Source: Promethearchaeia archaeon (GTDB lineage: Archaea; Asgardarchaeota; Lokiarchaeia; Sigyniarchaeales; SOKP01). From it: a stretch of DNA of 64,000 nt. Numbering within the stretch: position 1 is the first letter of the stretch; each line of letters begins with the position of its first letter. Under the pieces are notes generated by a model, which saw only the letters and a program-made list of their open reading frames with translations, made no database searches and was not told the origin of the DNA. A program made the position numbers and the translations under genes. The stretch covers positions 1 to 64,000 of the forward strand of contig JAHQWL010000092.1 of assembly GCA_029856155.1 (NCBI GenBank), in the 5' to 3' direction. Of the stretch, positions 20,916 through 31,187 are shown one piece after another.

Positions 20916-22331
20916 TTGGTGATTTTTAAAGAGATGACAAAATCAAATGATAGTTCCAGCTTTCAATATCCTCTTAAAGTCCATATATCTTATTCTCTTG
21001 GAAGTCTTTTTGATGATTTTCTTGCGACAGCATTAAGCTTTATGGTATTTAAGTTTTATGAGACCGAAGTCTTTTTACAAGTTACTCTATTAACAACTGC
21101 AATTATTATATATGGAATATGGAATATGTTTAATGATCCTTTAGCTGGACATATATCTAACCACAATATAAAATATATGAGAAAATTTGGTAAGAGATTT
21201 ACTTGGTTTTTAATAACAGGAATCCCTTGTTCAATAATGTTTGTTTTAATTTTTTTTCCCCCTATAGGTAATGATCTTTCTATTTTTTTCTGGTTAATAA
21301 TTATTTTATGTATTTTGGATACATTGTTTTCGTTCATGATTATTTCATATCAAAGTATTTACCCGGATAAATTTCGTTCTCAAAAGGAAAGGACTAAAGT
21401 AGGTGGTGTTCAGATTTTACTTTCTCTTTTCGGTTTAACTCTTGGTACTATATTACCAACTTTTATAATAACAACTGGAACTCCTGGAACAAATATTGAG
21501 TCTTATGTAATGGTAGGGGCGATTGTAACTATTACCTGTATTATTATTTGTCTTTTAATGATATACGGTATGCGTGAGAATCGGCAAATGATTGATAGAA
21601 CATTTCTCATAGATGACATAAACATGCCTAAAGAGAACTATTTTATTAAACTCAAACATGCGTTAAAACAAAAGAATTATATATCATATCTATTTGCTTA
21701 TTTAGCTCAAACTACAGTAATGGTTCTCATGCTGGCATCGATTCCTTATTGGGTCCAATATGTTATGCGGATTGATCCATTTTATGAAATGGTAATTCTA
21801 ATGGCATTTCTTTTAGCAAGTGTAATTTCTGCTCCATTTTGGATCTATATAGCTAGGAAATTTGGCAACAGAATAGGTTATATGTGTGGAACAGGGGGTA
21901 CTGCTACATTTTTAATTCTTACATTTTTCATTTGGGAATTTCCTTTAGTTATATTTGGATTTTTATTGATTGGCTTTAGTATGGGAGCAACTTGGAGTTT
22001 GATTTATGCCACTTTTTCAGATGTTATTGATGAAATTGTTATAAAAACAGGTAAAAGAGAAGAAGGGATTTATTATGGATTTAGGACTTTCATTGGCCGT
22101 TTTTCTATTGTAGTTCAAGCTCTAACATTTGGAATAATACATACTCTTACAAATTTCGATCCAACTGCTTCAAGCCAATCTATACAAGCACAATGGGGAA
22201 TTAATATTGGAATGTTTACTGTTCCAGCACTTTTTTATCTTATCGGATTTCTCTTCATGTGGAGAATCTATGATTTGAAACCTAGCAAAGTCTTGTTAAA
22301 TAAACAAAAGCTTGTTGAATTAAATCTTTGA
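20916..22331 (+). CDS. MFS transporter, GPH/MelB-like family
   Basis: WN.FNDPL.G, FGKR, SDVIDE...TGKREEG.YYG. Confidence 0.9.
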   Translation: MVIFKEMTKSNDSSSFQYPLKVHISYSLGSLFDDFLATALSFMVFKFYETEVFLQVTLLTTAIIIYGIWNMFNDPLAGHISNHNIKYMRKFGKRFTWFLITGIPCSIMFVLIFFPPIGNDLSIFFWLIIILCILDTLFSFMIISYQSIYPDKFRSQKERTKVGGVQILLSLFGLTLGTILPTFIITTGTPGTNIESYVMVGAIVTITCIIICLLMIYGMRENRQMIDRTFLIDDINMPKENYFIKLKHALKQKNYISYLFAYLAQTTVMVLMLASIPYWVQYVMRIDPFYEMVILMAFLLASVISAPFWIYIARKFGNRIGYMCGTGGTATFLILTFFIWEFPLVIFGFLLIGFSMGATWSLIYATFSDVIDEIVIKTGKREEGIYYGFRTFIGRFSIVVQALTFGIIHTLTNFDPTASSQSIQAQWGINIGMFTVPALFYLIGFLFMWRIYDLKPSKVLLNKQKLVELNL

Positions 22332-22607
22332 TTTCGAACGATCTTTTTTATATCTTTTTCAATTTTTTTATTAGTTAATTATTTCAGAGATTTGAATGAA
22401 AAATTGAAAATAGATTACCATATTAGAAAAAAAGTGAATAGATATCTTAGAAAACATTTCTTTTTTTGAAAAATTTAGGGTATCATAATAAAAAAGGGAT
22501 CAATTTCCCATATTAATTATGTAAGAAAAATTTATTAGAAAAAGGAATCTAAATAAATTATCTTTTTTTATGAAATTGTTGTAGAAAATAAGAAGAGTTA
22601 GAGAATT

Positions 22608-23897
22608 TTGGCACAGAAAAATATCTTTGAATATGATGCTAAAAAACTTTTAGCAAAAGAATTACCAAAATATTATCCAAACTTTAATTATCATAATAAA
22701 CTGGCTGTTATTGAAAGTACCACAAATTTAGATAAGTTAGCAGATGAAAATCCTTGGATTAAATCTGAAAAAGTAGTAGTTAAACCTGATCAACTATTTG
22801 GAAAAAGAGGTAAAGCCAAACTTTTATTATTAGATGCTGATCTTAACCAAGTAAAAAAATTCTGTAAAGAGAATTTAAATAAAGAATTTCTAATCGGTAA
22901 TGTCAAAGGAGAATTAAATCGATTGTTAGTTGAACCTTTTATACCACATGAAAAAGAATATTATGTATCCATCACCTCAGAGAGAGATAATGATGTCATT
23001 CACTTTAGTTTTGAAGGAGGTATTTTTATCGAGGAAAATTGGGATAAGGTTACCCACATTAAAATTCCAATTAGCACAGATATAAATACTTTTGATTTAG
23101 AGAACAAATTACCTAATTTAGGCGATTTAAAGGCATTTTTAATACCATTTATAAAAGGATTATATCAAGTATATATAGACCAGGATTTTTCGTTTCTTGA
23201 AATAAATCCATTTGCGATTGATAAAGATAAAAAGATTGTTCCTTTAGATGTAAAAGCTCGATTAGATGATACTGCTGCGTTTTTGCATGTTGACACTTGG
23301 GGCAATCCGGAGCACCCTATTGAATTTCCAGCGGGTTTTGGTCAGAAAATGAGTGCTGAAGAAATTAAAATTAAAGAACTTGATGAAAAAACAGGAGCTT
23401 CACTTAAATTGACTATCTTAAATCGAGAAGGTCGTGTCTGGACGATGGTAGCTGGAGGTGGAGCAAGTGTTATTTATACTGATACTATAGCAGATCTTGG
23501 TTTTTCAGAAGAATTGGGTAATTATGGAGAATATTCAGGTAATCCTTCCCAAGAACATACTGAAATTTATGCTCAAACTGTCATTGATATCATTACAGAA
23601 AAACCAGATCCTAAAGGGAGAGAAAAATATTTAATAATTGGAGGAGGAATTGCAAATTTTACTGACGTGAAGGCTACTTTTGGAGGCATAGTTAGAGCGA
23701 TAAAGAATTCAGTTGATAAATTAAAGAAAGCAAATGTGAAAATCTTAGTTCGCAGAGGCGGTCCTAATGAAAAACAAGGTTTAGAGTTAATGAGAAAAGT
23801 TGGAGAAGAAACAGGGATTCCTATTGATATTTACGATCGATATAGTAGTATGACGCGTCCTGTATCTCGAATGATTGAAAAAATGAGAGGTGAATAA
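22608..23897 (+). CDS. aclB: ATP citrate lyase, ATP-grasp/citrate-binding subunit
   Basis: KPDQLFGKRGK, LEINP, WTMVAGGGASVIY.D, NYGEYSG.P, GGGIANFT.V, RRGGPN. Confidence 0.95.
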   Translation: MAQKNIFEYDAKKLLAKELPKYYPNFNYHNKLAVIESTTNLDKLADENPWIKSEKVVVKPDQLFGKRGKAKLLLLDADLNQVKKFCKENLNKEFLIGNVKGELNRLLVEPFIPHEKEYYVSITSERDNDVIHFSFEGGIFIEENWDKVTHIKIPISTDINTFDLENKLPNLGDLKAFLIPFIKGLYQVYIDQDFSFLEINPFAIDKDKKIVPLDVKARLDDTAAFLHVDTWGNPEHPIEFPAGFGQKMSAEEIKIKELDEKTGASLKLTILNREGRVWTMVAGGGASVIYTDTIADLGFSEELGNYGEYSGNPSQEHTEIYAQTVIDIITEKPDPKGREKYLIIGGGIANFTDVKATFGGIVRAIKNSVDKLKKANVKILVRRGGPNEKQGLELMRKVGEETGIPIDIYDRYSSMTRPVSRMIEKMRGE

Positions 23898-23900
23898 TAA

Positions 23901-25736
23901 ATGGAAAGTTATGAATTATTTAATGAAGATACACAAGCTATAATATACGGACTTCAAGCAGCTCCAGTGCAGAGAATGCTGGATTTTGATTATGTATGTA
24001 GACGAAAAAAACCTTCTGTTGCAGCTATGATTCAACCTACTCAAGATGGAGCAGTAGCTTATCATAAAGCTTTTTGGGGTAGTAAAGAAATTGTTATTCC
24101 TGTTTATAAAACACTTAATATGGCAATTAAAAAGCATCCTAATGCAGATGTAATAATCAATTTTGCATCGTTTCGATCCGCTTATGATACAAGTAAAGAA
24201 GCACTTGAATCAAACACAATTCGAGTTATTACAATAATTGCAGAAGGCATGCCAGAAAGGCAAAGTCAATTATTGAATAAAATTGCCAAAGAACGAAATA
24301 AAGTTATTATTGGTCCTGCTACCGTCGGTGGAATTAAAGCTGGAGCATTTAAAATTGGTAATACTGCAGGAACTTTAGAAAATATTATTTTATCAAAATT
24401 ATATCGTACTGGTTCTGTTGGGTTTGTATCCAAATCTGGTGGTTTAAGCAATGAAATGAACTTTATGATTGCTGAAAATACAGATGGTGTTTATGAATCT
24501 ATTGCGATTGGGGGAGATCGATACCCTGGTTCTCAATTAATAGATCATCTTTTGCGCTATGAAGAAAATCCTAAAATTAAAATGCTAGTTTGTTTAGGAG
24601 AAATTGGTGGAACAGAAGAATACGAAATTGTTAATGCCTTAAAAACGGGAAAGATTAAAAAGCCACTTGTTATATGGGTTACTGGTACCGCAGCTAGGAT
24701 TCTCCCGAAGGGATTGCAGTTCGGACACGCTGGTGCGATGGCTGGTACCTCTAAAGAAACCGCAGAAGCTAAAAACCAAGCTCTTAAGGAAGCAGGAGCA
24801 CTTGTTCCTGAATCTTATGAAGATTTTGATAAGCTAATTAAAAAAACTTATGAAAAGCTAGTACAAGAAGGAAAAATAACACCAGCTAAAGAAGAGGAGC
24901 CTCCTAAAATTCCTACTGATTTCAATGAAGCGGTAAGATTAGGATTAGTTAGAAGACCTTCTGATGTTGTCGTAACTATCAGTGATGATCGAGGGGATGT
25001 TCCTACGTTTGCAGGAGTTGGATTAGATGAAATAGTTAGGAATAATCGATCAATTGGGTATGTTATTGGGCTTCTATGGTTCAAACGAGAATTGCCTGAG
25101 TTTGCTCAACAGTTTATTGAAATGGTAATTAAGTTAACTGCAGATCATGGGCCAGCGGTTAGTGGTGCTCATAATGCCATAATAACTGCCCGAGCTGGGA
25201 AAGATCTTATGTCAGCTTTAGCTAGTGGGATTTTAACTATCGGTCCTAGGTTTGGAGGGGCAATATCCGATGCTGCGAAATATATTAGGGAAGCCTTACA
25301 AAAGAGAATAACGCCACCTGCATTCATTAAATATATGAAGGATGTTGTAAAAGTTAATATTCCGGGAATAGGTCATCGAATTAAATCAGTTCAAAATCCA
25401 GATGTGAGAGTTGAATTACTTAAGGAATTTGTATTTAAAAATTTTAAAGAGCATCCACACCTAGATTTTGCTTTAGAAGTAGAAAAATTAACCACGTCTA
25501 AAAGGAATAATCTGATATTAAATGTTGACGGGTGTATAGGGATTACATTTTTAGACTTGTTAGAAAACTTAGATTTTACACAAGAAGAAATTGAAGATGT
25601 TATATATAGTGAAGCATTGAATGGATTGTTTGTTCTTGGACGTTCAATAGGGATGATGGGTCATGTATTTGACCAAAAAAGACAAAGAGCTGGTTTGTAT
25701 AGACAACCTTGGGATGAAATTTTATTTAGCGAGTAA
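23901..25736 (+). CDS. aclA: ATP citrate lyase, CoA-binding/phospho-His plus citryl-CoA lyase subunit
   Basis: NFAS.RSA, GPATVGG, SKSGG.SNE, QFGHAGA (phospho-His), DHGPAVSGAHN, GIGHR, LNVDG; 3 nt after aclB. Confidence 0.95.
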   Translation: MESYELFNEDTQAIIYGLQAAPVQRMLDFDYVCRRKKPSVAAMIQPTQDGAVAYHKAFWGSKEIVIPVYKTLNMAIKKHPNADVIINFASFRSAYDTSKEALESNTIRVITIIAEGMPERQSQLLNKIAKERNKVIIGPATVGGIKAGAFKIGNTAGTLENIILSKLYRTGSVGFVSKSGGLSNEMNFMIAENTDGVYESIAIGGDRYPGSQLIDHLLRYEENPKIKMLVCLGEIGGTEEYEIVNALKTGKIKKPLVIWVTGTAARILPKGLQFGHAGAMAGTSKETAEAKNQALKEAGALVPESYEDFDKLIKKTYEKLVQEGKITPAKEEEPPKIPTDFNEAVRLGLVRRPSDVVVTISDDRGDVPTFAGVGLDEIVRNNRSIGYVIGLLWFKRELPEFAQQFIEMVIKLTADHGPAVSGAHNAIITARAGKDLMSALASGILTIGPRFGGAISDAAKYIREALQKRITPPAFIKYMKDVVKVNIPGIGHRIKSVQNPDVRVELLKEFVFKNFKEHPHLDFALEVEKLTTSKRNNLILNVDGCIGITFLDLLENLDFTQEEIEDVIYSEALNGLFVLGRSIGMMGHVFDQKRQRAGLYRQPWDEILFSE

Positions 25737-25869
25737 TAATAAATAAATTACTAAAAAATCAAGATTACACAAGAATTATAAATTTTTTATTAGGATTCCT
25801 TGAATATTTTTTATTTTTACTTTTATTTTTTCTTTTAAGAACTTATTGAATTTTGTAAACTGTATATAT

Positions 25870-25875
25870 CAAGCA
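25870..25875 (+). promoter_or_regulatory. CAAGCA half-site of the island palindrome, upstream of MttB-like copy 1
   Basis: Ends 86 nt before ATG 25961; the same spacing occurs at 34370-34375 before ATG 34461. Confidence 0.45.
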
Positions 25876-25960
25876 TAATAATTATTACTACAATATCTAT
25901 ATTAGATTCAAGAAATCTATCATAAAAAAATAAATAGTAAATTAAAAAAAGGTAATTTAA

Positions 25961-27475
25961 ATGAGAGAAGGCGAAAAAGTCAAATTTCCTGGTATGAAAA
26001 GGATGTGGAGAATATTCACAAAAGAAGAATTGGAAGTAGTAGATAATGCTGCTTATAATATTTTAAGCGAAATGGGTGTTCATATTGATGATAAAGAATG
26101 TATAGAGTATCTTAAAGAGACTCCAGTTGAGATCGATGAGAAAGAACTCATCGTGAAGTTTCCTGAGTATTGGGTTCGAGAAATGATCGGTCGTGCCCCA
26201 AGAACTTATTTACTTGCGGGAAGAGATCCAAAAAGAGATTTACATGTGACAAGCCCTCAAAGAGACTTTTATGCTTTAATTACAAGCGGATCTACAAAAT
26301 ATTATGAATGGGATGATACTGCTAATAAATGGATTTCTAAAATACCTGGGGAGGAAGAAGTGATAAAAGCATTTAAAATGGTCGATGGTTTAGACCAATA
26401 TGAAGGATTTTTTGGTACACTTCTGGAAGATGTTAAAAAAACACAACAAGGTCTTCCTGCGGAACTTCACACTTTATATAATAAAATGAAATATTCAACT
26501 AAATTTGGAGGGCCTACTGCTATTACGGAAGGAGGTCTTGCTGAATGGGATTATGTAGGAAAGCTAGCCGCTGAAGTTCAAGGTGGTTTCGATGAATTGA
26601 CAAAACGTCCCATAATCGCAGGATTACCAACATGCATCGGGCCTTTGACAAGCACTCGGCAGAATTTCTGGGCAGCTGTAGGAAGTGCAAAGTATCATTT
26701 ACCTACATTCCCATATTGGGGAGGGATTTCCCCATTTACTGCTCCAGCAACAGCACTTGGACAAGTTGTACTAGCTGTTGCTTGTTGTCACTATGCCATG
26801 GCAGTCTCTCAATATCTTGATCCTGGGACAGCCACTTGTCCATGGCCGATGTGTACATCAACTGATCCTAATACTGGTCAATTAGCAGGTATTCCTTCAG
26901 CTAGATACGTTCATGCAATGGGAATGCAACTTTATCAAGATCTATATAATCTTGTAGTTTCGCAGTGTTCTTATTGTTTAACAACTTCTCTAGATGAAGC
27001 TGCTACTGCATGGTTATCTTCAGTTTCAACTAATACTTTGCTAGGGGGAAATATAGTACAATTTGGAACAACACCCCAAGCATTTATGTTTGAAACAATA
27101 CCAATAGGAGCAACCCTTTTGGATTTGGTTAGAGGGTCACTTTTTGCACAGAATGAATTTATTTCCAGATTTGATGATGAACATCTCGCTTTGGATGTGA
27201 TCAAAGAAGTAGGGCCAAAGGGTATGTTTACCACCCATCCACATACATTAAAATGGATAGATCCTGCAAAAGGATTATATTGGCGCGCAAAAGATTGGAT
27301 TCATGAACATGCTGATCAATGGCTTGCTAAAGGTGCAAAAAGTTGGGTATATGACACCTGTCGACAGCGTTTAAAAGAGTTGGAAAAGCACGAACCAGAA
27401 CCAATAGCAAAAGATGTAGATGAGCGTTGTAATGCTTTATTAAAACAAGCAGATGAAGAACTGGCACTCTTTTAA
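25961..27475 (+). CDS. MttB (trimethylamine methyltransferase) superfamily protein, non-pyrrolysine, copy 1
   Basis: About 500 aa; IL.EMGV, V.FP..V.E.I..AP..Y.L.GR, APAT..G and LALDVIKEVGP.G.F..HPHT MttB motifs; no in-frame TAG. Confidence 0.85.
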   Translation: MREGEKVKFPGMKRMWRIFTKEELEVVDNAAYNILSEMGVHIDDKECIEYLKETPVEIDEKELIVKFPEYWVREMIGRAPRTYLLAGRDPKRDLHVTSPQRDFYALITSGSTKYYEWDDTANKWISKIPGEEEVIKAFKMVDGLDQYEGFFGTLLEDVKKTQQGLPAELHTLYNKMKYSTKFGGPTAITEGGLAEWDYVGKLAAEVQGGFDELTKRPIIAGLPTCIGPLTSTRQNFWAAVGSAKYHLPTFPYWGGISPFTAPATALGQVVLAVACCHYAMAVSQYLDPGTATCPWPMCTSTDPNTGQLAGIPSARYVHAMGMQLYQDLYNLVVSQCSYCLTTSLDEAATAWLSSVSTNTLLGGNIVQFGTTPQAFMFETIPIGATLLDLVRGSLFAQNEFISRFDDEHLALDVIKEVGPKGMFTTHPHTLKWIDPAKGLYWRAKDWIHEHADQWLAKGAKSWVYDTCRQRLKELEKHEPEPIAKDVDERCNALLKQADEELALF

Positions 27476-27596
27476 TGAGTGAATAATTTAATATAATTTC
27501 TATTTTTTTTATTGATTTTCCTTTTTTTTAAATAGATTTAACCTTTAAAACAAGTATAAATTTTATTTAATACACCATAAAAGAGAATATAAATAA

Positions 27597-27614
27597 TGCT
27601 TGAAATAGCAAGCA
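27597..27614. promoter_or_regulatory. Palindromic operator TGCTTG-aaatag-CAAGCA
   Basis: Perfect 6-bp arms with 6-nt spacer, upstream of the B12-domain gene; recurs in the island. Confidence 0.7.
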
Positions 27615-27711
27615 AATAATATTTATGGTATTTCTTCCAATCGTCCTCTAATGTCATAGGAAATTAGATATTTCTAAATTTAAAATACATACTTATTTTA
27701 ATTCTTTAAAT

Positions 27712-28092
27712 ATGGAAAAAATAGACATTATAATAGGAAATGTAAAAGACGAGATCCATAACATTGCAAAGACTATACTTGTGAAAGAGATTGAAAAAAT
27801 TGGTCTTAACGCATTGGATTTAGGAATTTCAGTTCCAGTCGAAAAGTTTGTCGAGAAAATTAAGGAAACAGATGTAAAAATATTGGTACTTACTGGATTA
27901 CTCAACTCTGCCCCAGAGTACATGAGGCAAATTAGTAAAAAGCTTCGAGAGGAAGGGATAAGAGATGATGTGAAAATTCTTATCGGTGGACCTAATGTTA
28001 ACGAAGATTGGTTGAAAAGATCAGAAGCAGATGCTTTTGCGAATAATATTTCAGAGGGAATCAAAATATTATGTTCTTGGAAAGATAGGTAG
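27712..28092 (+). CDS. Stand-alone cobalamin-binding (Rossmann) domain protein
   Basis: G.V.DEIHNIAK (degenerate DxHxxG), DLG..VP.EKFV, LTGLL, ILIGG; no cap domain. Confidence 0.85.
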   Translation: MEKIDIIIGNVKDEIHNIAKTILVKEIEKIGLNALDLGISVPVEKFVEKIKETDVKILVLTGLLNSAPEYMRQISKKLREEGIRDDVKILIGGPNVNEDWLKRSEADAFANNISEGIKILCSWKDR

Positions 28093-28151
28093 TTTTTCCT
28101 AAAAACTAAATTAAAATTTTGTTTTATTATTTTTCAATAAAGATGAGATTA

Positions 28152-28796
28152 TCATTTAAATATTGAATTAAATATTGTTTTTTCTATTTTTCTAATATGC
28201 TCGGTGATTGCACTTTGAGAAATGCCGAAATGTTCTGCTAAATCTGAGGAATTAATCTTACGGGGTATTTCAAAATATCCATTCTCTACTGCGTAATATA
28301 TTATTTCTTTTTGACGCTCAGTTAATAACAGAGAAAGATGTTTCGCATCTGGAACAATTGTAGAGATGTTAAGTATTTTAAAATCATTTCCATATCTATT
28401 TACTTGATCTTCTATGAGTTGATCAATGGTATCAACATCAGCTATCATAGACGTGATTAATTGATTGCCTTCCTTAATTAAAGGCGGTTCTATCAAGATA
28501 TTAAGGTTTGAGAATAGTTGTTTCATCTCATCGACCCACTGATGTTTAATAATACAAACATACTCTTTTTTATTTTTATCTTCTGCTATAACTTCTATAT
28601 AATCAATTCCAAATTGGCCCTCTAGCTCTTTAGGATGAAAATTAGGGTCTTTAAATTTAAGCTTATTAGTACCATACATCATATTTTCGCTTAATCGATG
28701 AACTTGAACTAATTCATAACCATCAAGTAAATCGAATAATTCTTTATATTCATCCGGAAGAGGAGCTTTATATACAAGCTTTTTTAGTCGTTTCAT
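28152..28796 (-). CDS. HTH-10 (Bat-type) transcriptional regulator, copy 1
   Basis: C-terminal LTERQKEI...A...GYFEIPRK....LA..FGIS....EH.RKIE. Confidence 0.9.
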   Translation of the reverse strand: MKRLKKLVYKAPLPDEYKELFDLLDGYELVQVHRLSENMMYGTNKLKFKDPNFHPKELEGQFGIDYIEVIAEDKNKKEYVCIIKHQWVDEMKQLFSNLNILIEPPLIKEGNQLITSMIADVDTIDQLIEDQVNRYGNDFKILNISTIVPDAKHLSLLLTERQKEIIYYAVENGYFEIPRKINSSDLAEHFGISQSAITEHIRKIEKTIFNSIFK

Positions 28797-28834
28797 AGTT
28801 TAGAATTTATCTAAAAAATAAAGATATTTATAAT

Positions 28835-28852
28835 TGCTTGTGTTCGCAAGCA
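28835..28852. promoter_or_regulatory. Palindromic operator TGCTTG-tgttcg-CAAGCA
   Basis: Lies in the divergent promoter between HTH-10 copy 1 and MttB-like copy 2. Confidence 0.75.
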
Positions 28853-28924
28853 TAATAAATTTTTGTCAAACAAATTTTATAACTTTGCTTCTATACTTAA
28901 TAGAAAAAAAATCATAAAATTGAG

Positions 28925-30448
28925 ATGATTATTATTAGAGAAGGAGAAAAAGTAAAATTTCCAAGTTATGATAAATTACTACGGCTAGCAACAGAAGAAC
29001 AATTAAAACTTTTTGATTCGGCAGCTTATAGAATTCTGAGTGAAATGGGTGTGCATATTGATGATAAGGAAGCTATCGAGTATTTTAAAGATACTCCCGT
29101 CGAAATTGATGAGAAAGAGCTCATTTTTAGATTTCCTGAGTACTGGGTTCGGGAAATGATCGCAAAGGCGCCATCTTCATACGTTCTTGCGGGTCGTAAT
29201 CCCAAAAATGATTTACCAATTACAGGTCCCAAAAGAGATTATTATATCTTACCTGCAGCAGGAGCAACGAAACAATACAAATGGAATGAATCGTTAGATC
29301 AATGGGAATCTAGTATAACTGATTTCAACGATGTATATGAAAGTACTAAGATGATGGATGCAATTGATACGTATGAAGGACTATCTAATAGTATAGTTGA
29401 AGATGTCAAATCTTCTCATGCAGGACTTCCAGCAGAACTACATGCTGCGTACGCAAAGTGGAAAGGAACATCTAAATTCATAGGACCAATTGCTATAACA
29501 GAAGGGGGTACTGCTGAATGGGATTATCTTGCACAGATGGCAGCGGAAGTTCAAGGTGGTTATGATGAGTTTCGAAAACGCCCCATAATAGGCTGTTTAC
29601 CTACAGCTATTGGACCATTGACTTCTACACGACAGAATTTTTGGGCAATGGTGGGAGGAGCAAAACATCATATACCTAGCTTTCCATATTGGGGGGGCAC
29701 AGCTCCATTCACTGCACCTGCAACTCCAGCGTCACAAATAGCTTTATCACTGGCATGTACTCATTATGGAATTGCCGTGTCGCAATATTTGTCTCCTGGA
29801 ACAGCTGCACTGCCCTGGGTAATATGTACAGCAGTTGATCCGAATTCCGGACAACTAGCTCAAGCTCCAATGTTTTTACTAACTCATGGAATTGGAAATC
29901 AAGTGTACCAAGATTTATATGGTATTGCTACATTTGGATGTGCCCATGCCTTAAATGGTTCCTTAGAAGAAGTTGCTACTGGCTGGATGACAAATCTACT
30001 TACATTGACTCTTATGGGTTTGAATGTTCTTCAATTTGGAGGCCCTCCAAATGCATTTATGTGGGAAGCCTTACCGATGGGTGAATCAATCGTTAATTAT
30101 GTAAAACAATTTTTATTCAATATGAATAATAGCTTATTTCCTGAGGATGAGGATGCCTTGTCACTTAAAACAATTCTGGAAGTGGGACCAAAAGGAAGAT
30201 TTGCTACTCATCCACATACCTTAAAATATATTGATCCCAAGAAGGGATTATATTGGTATTCTAAAGATTGGATTCATGAACATTCGGATCAGTGGTTAGC
30301 AAAAGGAGGAAAACGTTGGGCATATGACACTTGTAGAGAACGATTGAAAGAGTTGGCAAAGCACGAACCTGAACCTTTAGGAAAGGATGTTGAGGAACGA
30401 CTTCAGTCAATATTGAAAGAAGCAGATGAGGAATTAGCATTATTCTAA
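28925..30448 (+). CDS. MttB superfamily methyltransferase, non-pyrrolysine, copy 2
   Basis: Clear paralogue of 25961 (shares EMGVHIDD, ITEGG.AEWDY, TSTRQNFWA, DWIHEH, ADEELALF). Confidence 0.85.
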   Translation: MIIIREGEKVKFPSYDKLLRLATEEQLKLFDSAAYRILSEMGVHIDDKEAIEYFKDTPVEIDEKELIFRFPEYWVREMIAKAPSSYVLAGRNPKNDLPITGPKRDYYILPAAGATKQYKWNESLDQWESSITDFNDVYESTKMMDAIDTYEGLSNSIVEDVKSSHAGLPAELHAAYAKWKGTSKFIGPIAITEGGTAEWDYLAQMAAEVQGGYDEFRKRPIIGCLPTAIGPLTSTRQNFWAMVGGAKHHIPSFPYWGGTAPFTAPATPASQIALSLACTHYGIAVSQYLSPGTAALPWVICTAVDPNSGQLAQAPMFLLTHGIGNQVYQDLYGIATFGCAHALNGSLEEVATGWMTNLLTLTLMGLNVLQFGGPPNAFMWEALPMGESIVNYVKQFLFNMNNSLFPEDEDALSLKTILEVGPKGRFATHPHTLKYIDPKKGLYWYSKDWIHEHSDQWLAKGGKRWAYDTCRERLKELAKHEPEPLGKDVEERLQSILKEADEELALF

Positions 30449-30465
30449 AGCGAGGTGAATAAAAA

Positions 30466-31134
30466 ATGGCAAGTAAAGAAGAAATCATTAATGGAATGAA
30501 AGACGCTATTATAACCTACAATAAAGCACAATGTTTAGAGCTCGCCAAGCAAGGGATTGCAGAAAAAGTAAAATCTTTAGAATTAATACAAGAAGGACTA
30601 ACTCCTGCAATACAGGAACTCGGAGAGAAATTCGGAAGAGGTGAGATTGCTCTTCCATATCTCATGGTGGGCGCAGAAGCTATGCAAGAAGCTCTTAATT
30701 ACATCTTGGAAACCATGCCTAAAGGAGAATATAAACCGAAAGCAAAAATGGTACTCGGGACCGTAAAAGGAGATATTCATGATTTAGGAATTAGTATCGT
30801 AGAAGCTGTGTTTCAAGCTAATGGAATCCAAGTGTATAATCTCGGTCGCGATAATCCCAAAGAAAAGTTTGTGGAAAAGGCAGAAGCTGAAGAGGCAGAC
30901 ATTATCGGTACGTCAGCCTTGCTCACAGGTACTATGTTCGAGCAGAAAGTTGTTATCGAATATTTAAAGAAGCAAGGACTCCGAGACAAATATATCTATC
31001 TGATTGGAGGAGGTGCTTGTCCTTCCAGCGAATGGTGTGATGAGATCGGTGCAGATGGATGGGCTACTGATGTTATGCTCGGGCTCGATGCTGCTAAAAA
31101 AGCTTTAGCAGAAAAGAAGGGAATAGAAATTTAA
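30466..31134 (+). CDS. Methyltransferase cognate corrinoid protein (MttC/MtbC-like), copy 1
   Basis: Cap domain plus GTVKGDIHDLG, SALLT and IGGG; GAGGTGA SD. Confidence 0.93.
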   Translation: MASKEEIINGMKDAIITYNKAQCLELAKQGIAEKVKSLELIQEGLTPAIQELGEKFGRGEIALPYLMVGAEAMQEALNYILETMPKGEYKPKAKMVLGTVKGDIHDLGISIVEAVFQANGIQVYNLGRDNPKEKFVEKAEAEEADIIGTSALLTGTMFEQKVVIEYLKKQGLRDKYIYLIGGGACPSSEWCDEIGADGWATDVMLGLDAAKKALAEKKGIEI

Positions 31135-31187
31135 ATTTTATTTTTTTATAAATAAATAATAAAAATGATAAAAAAGTAATGTAAAAG

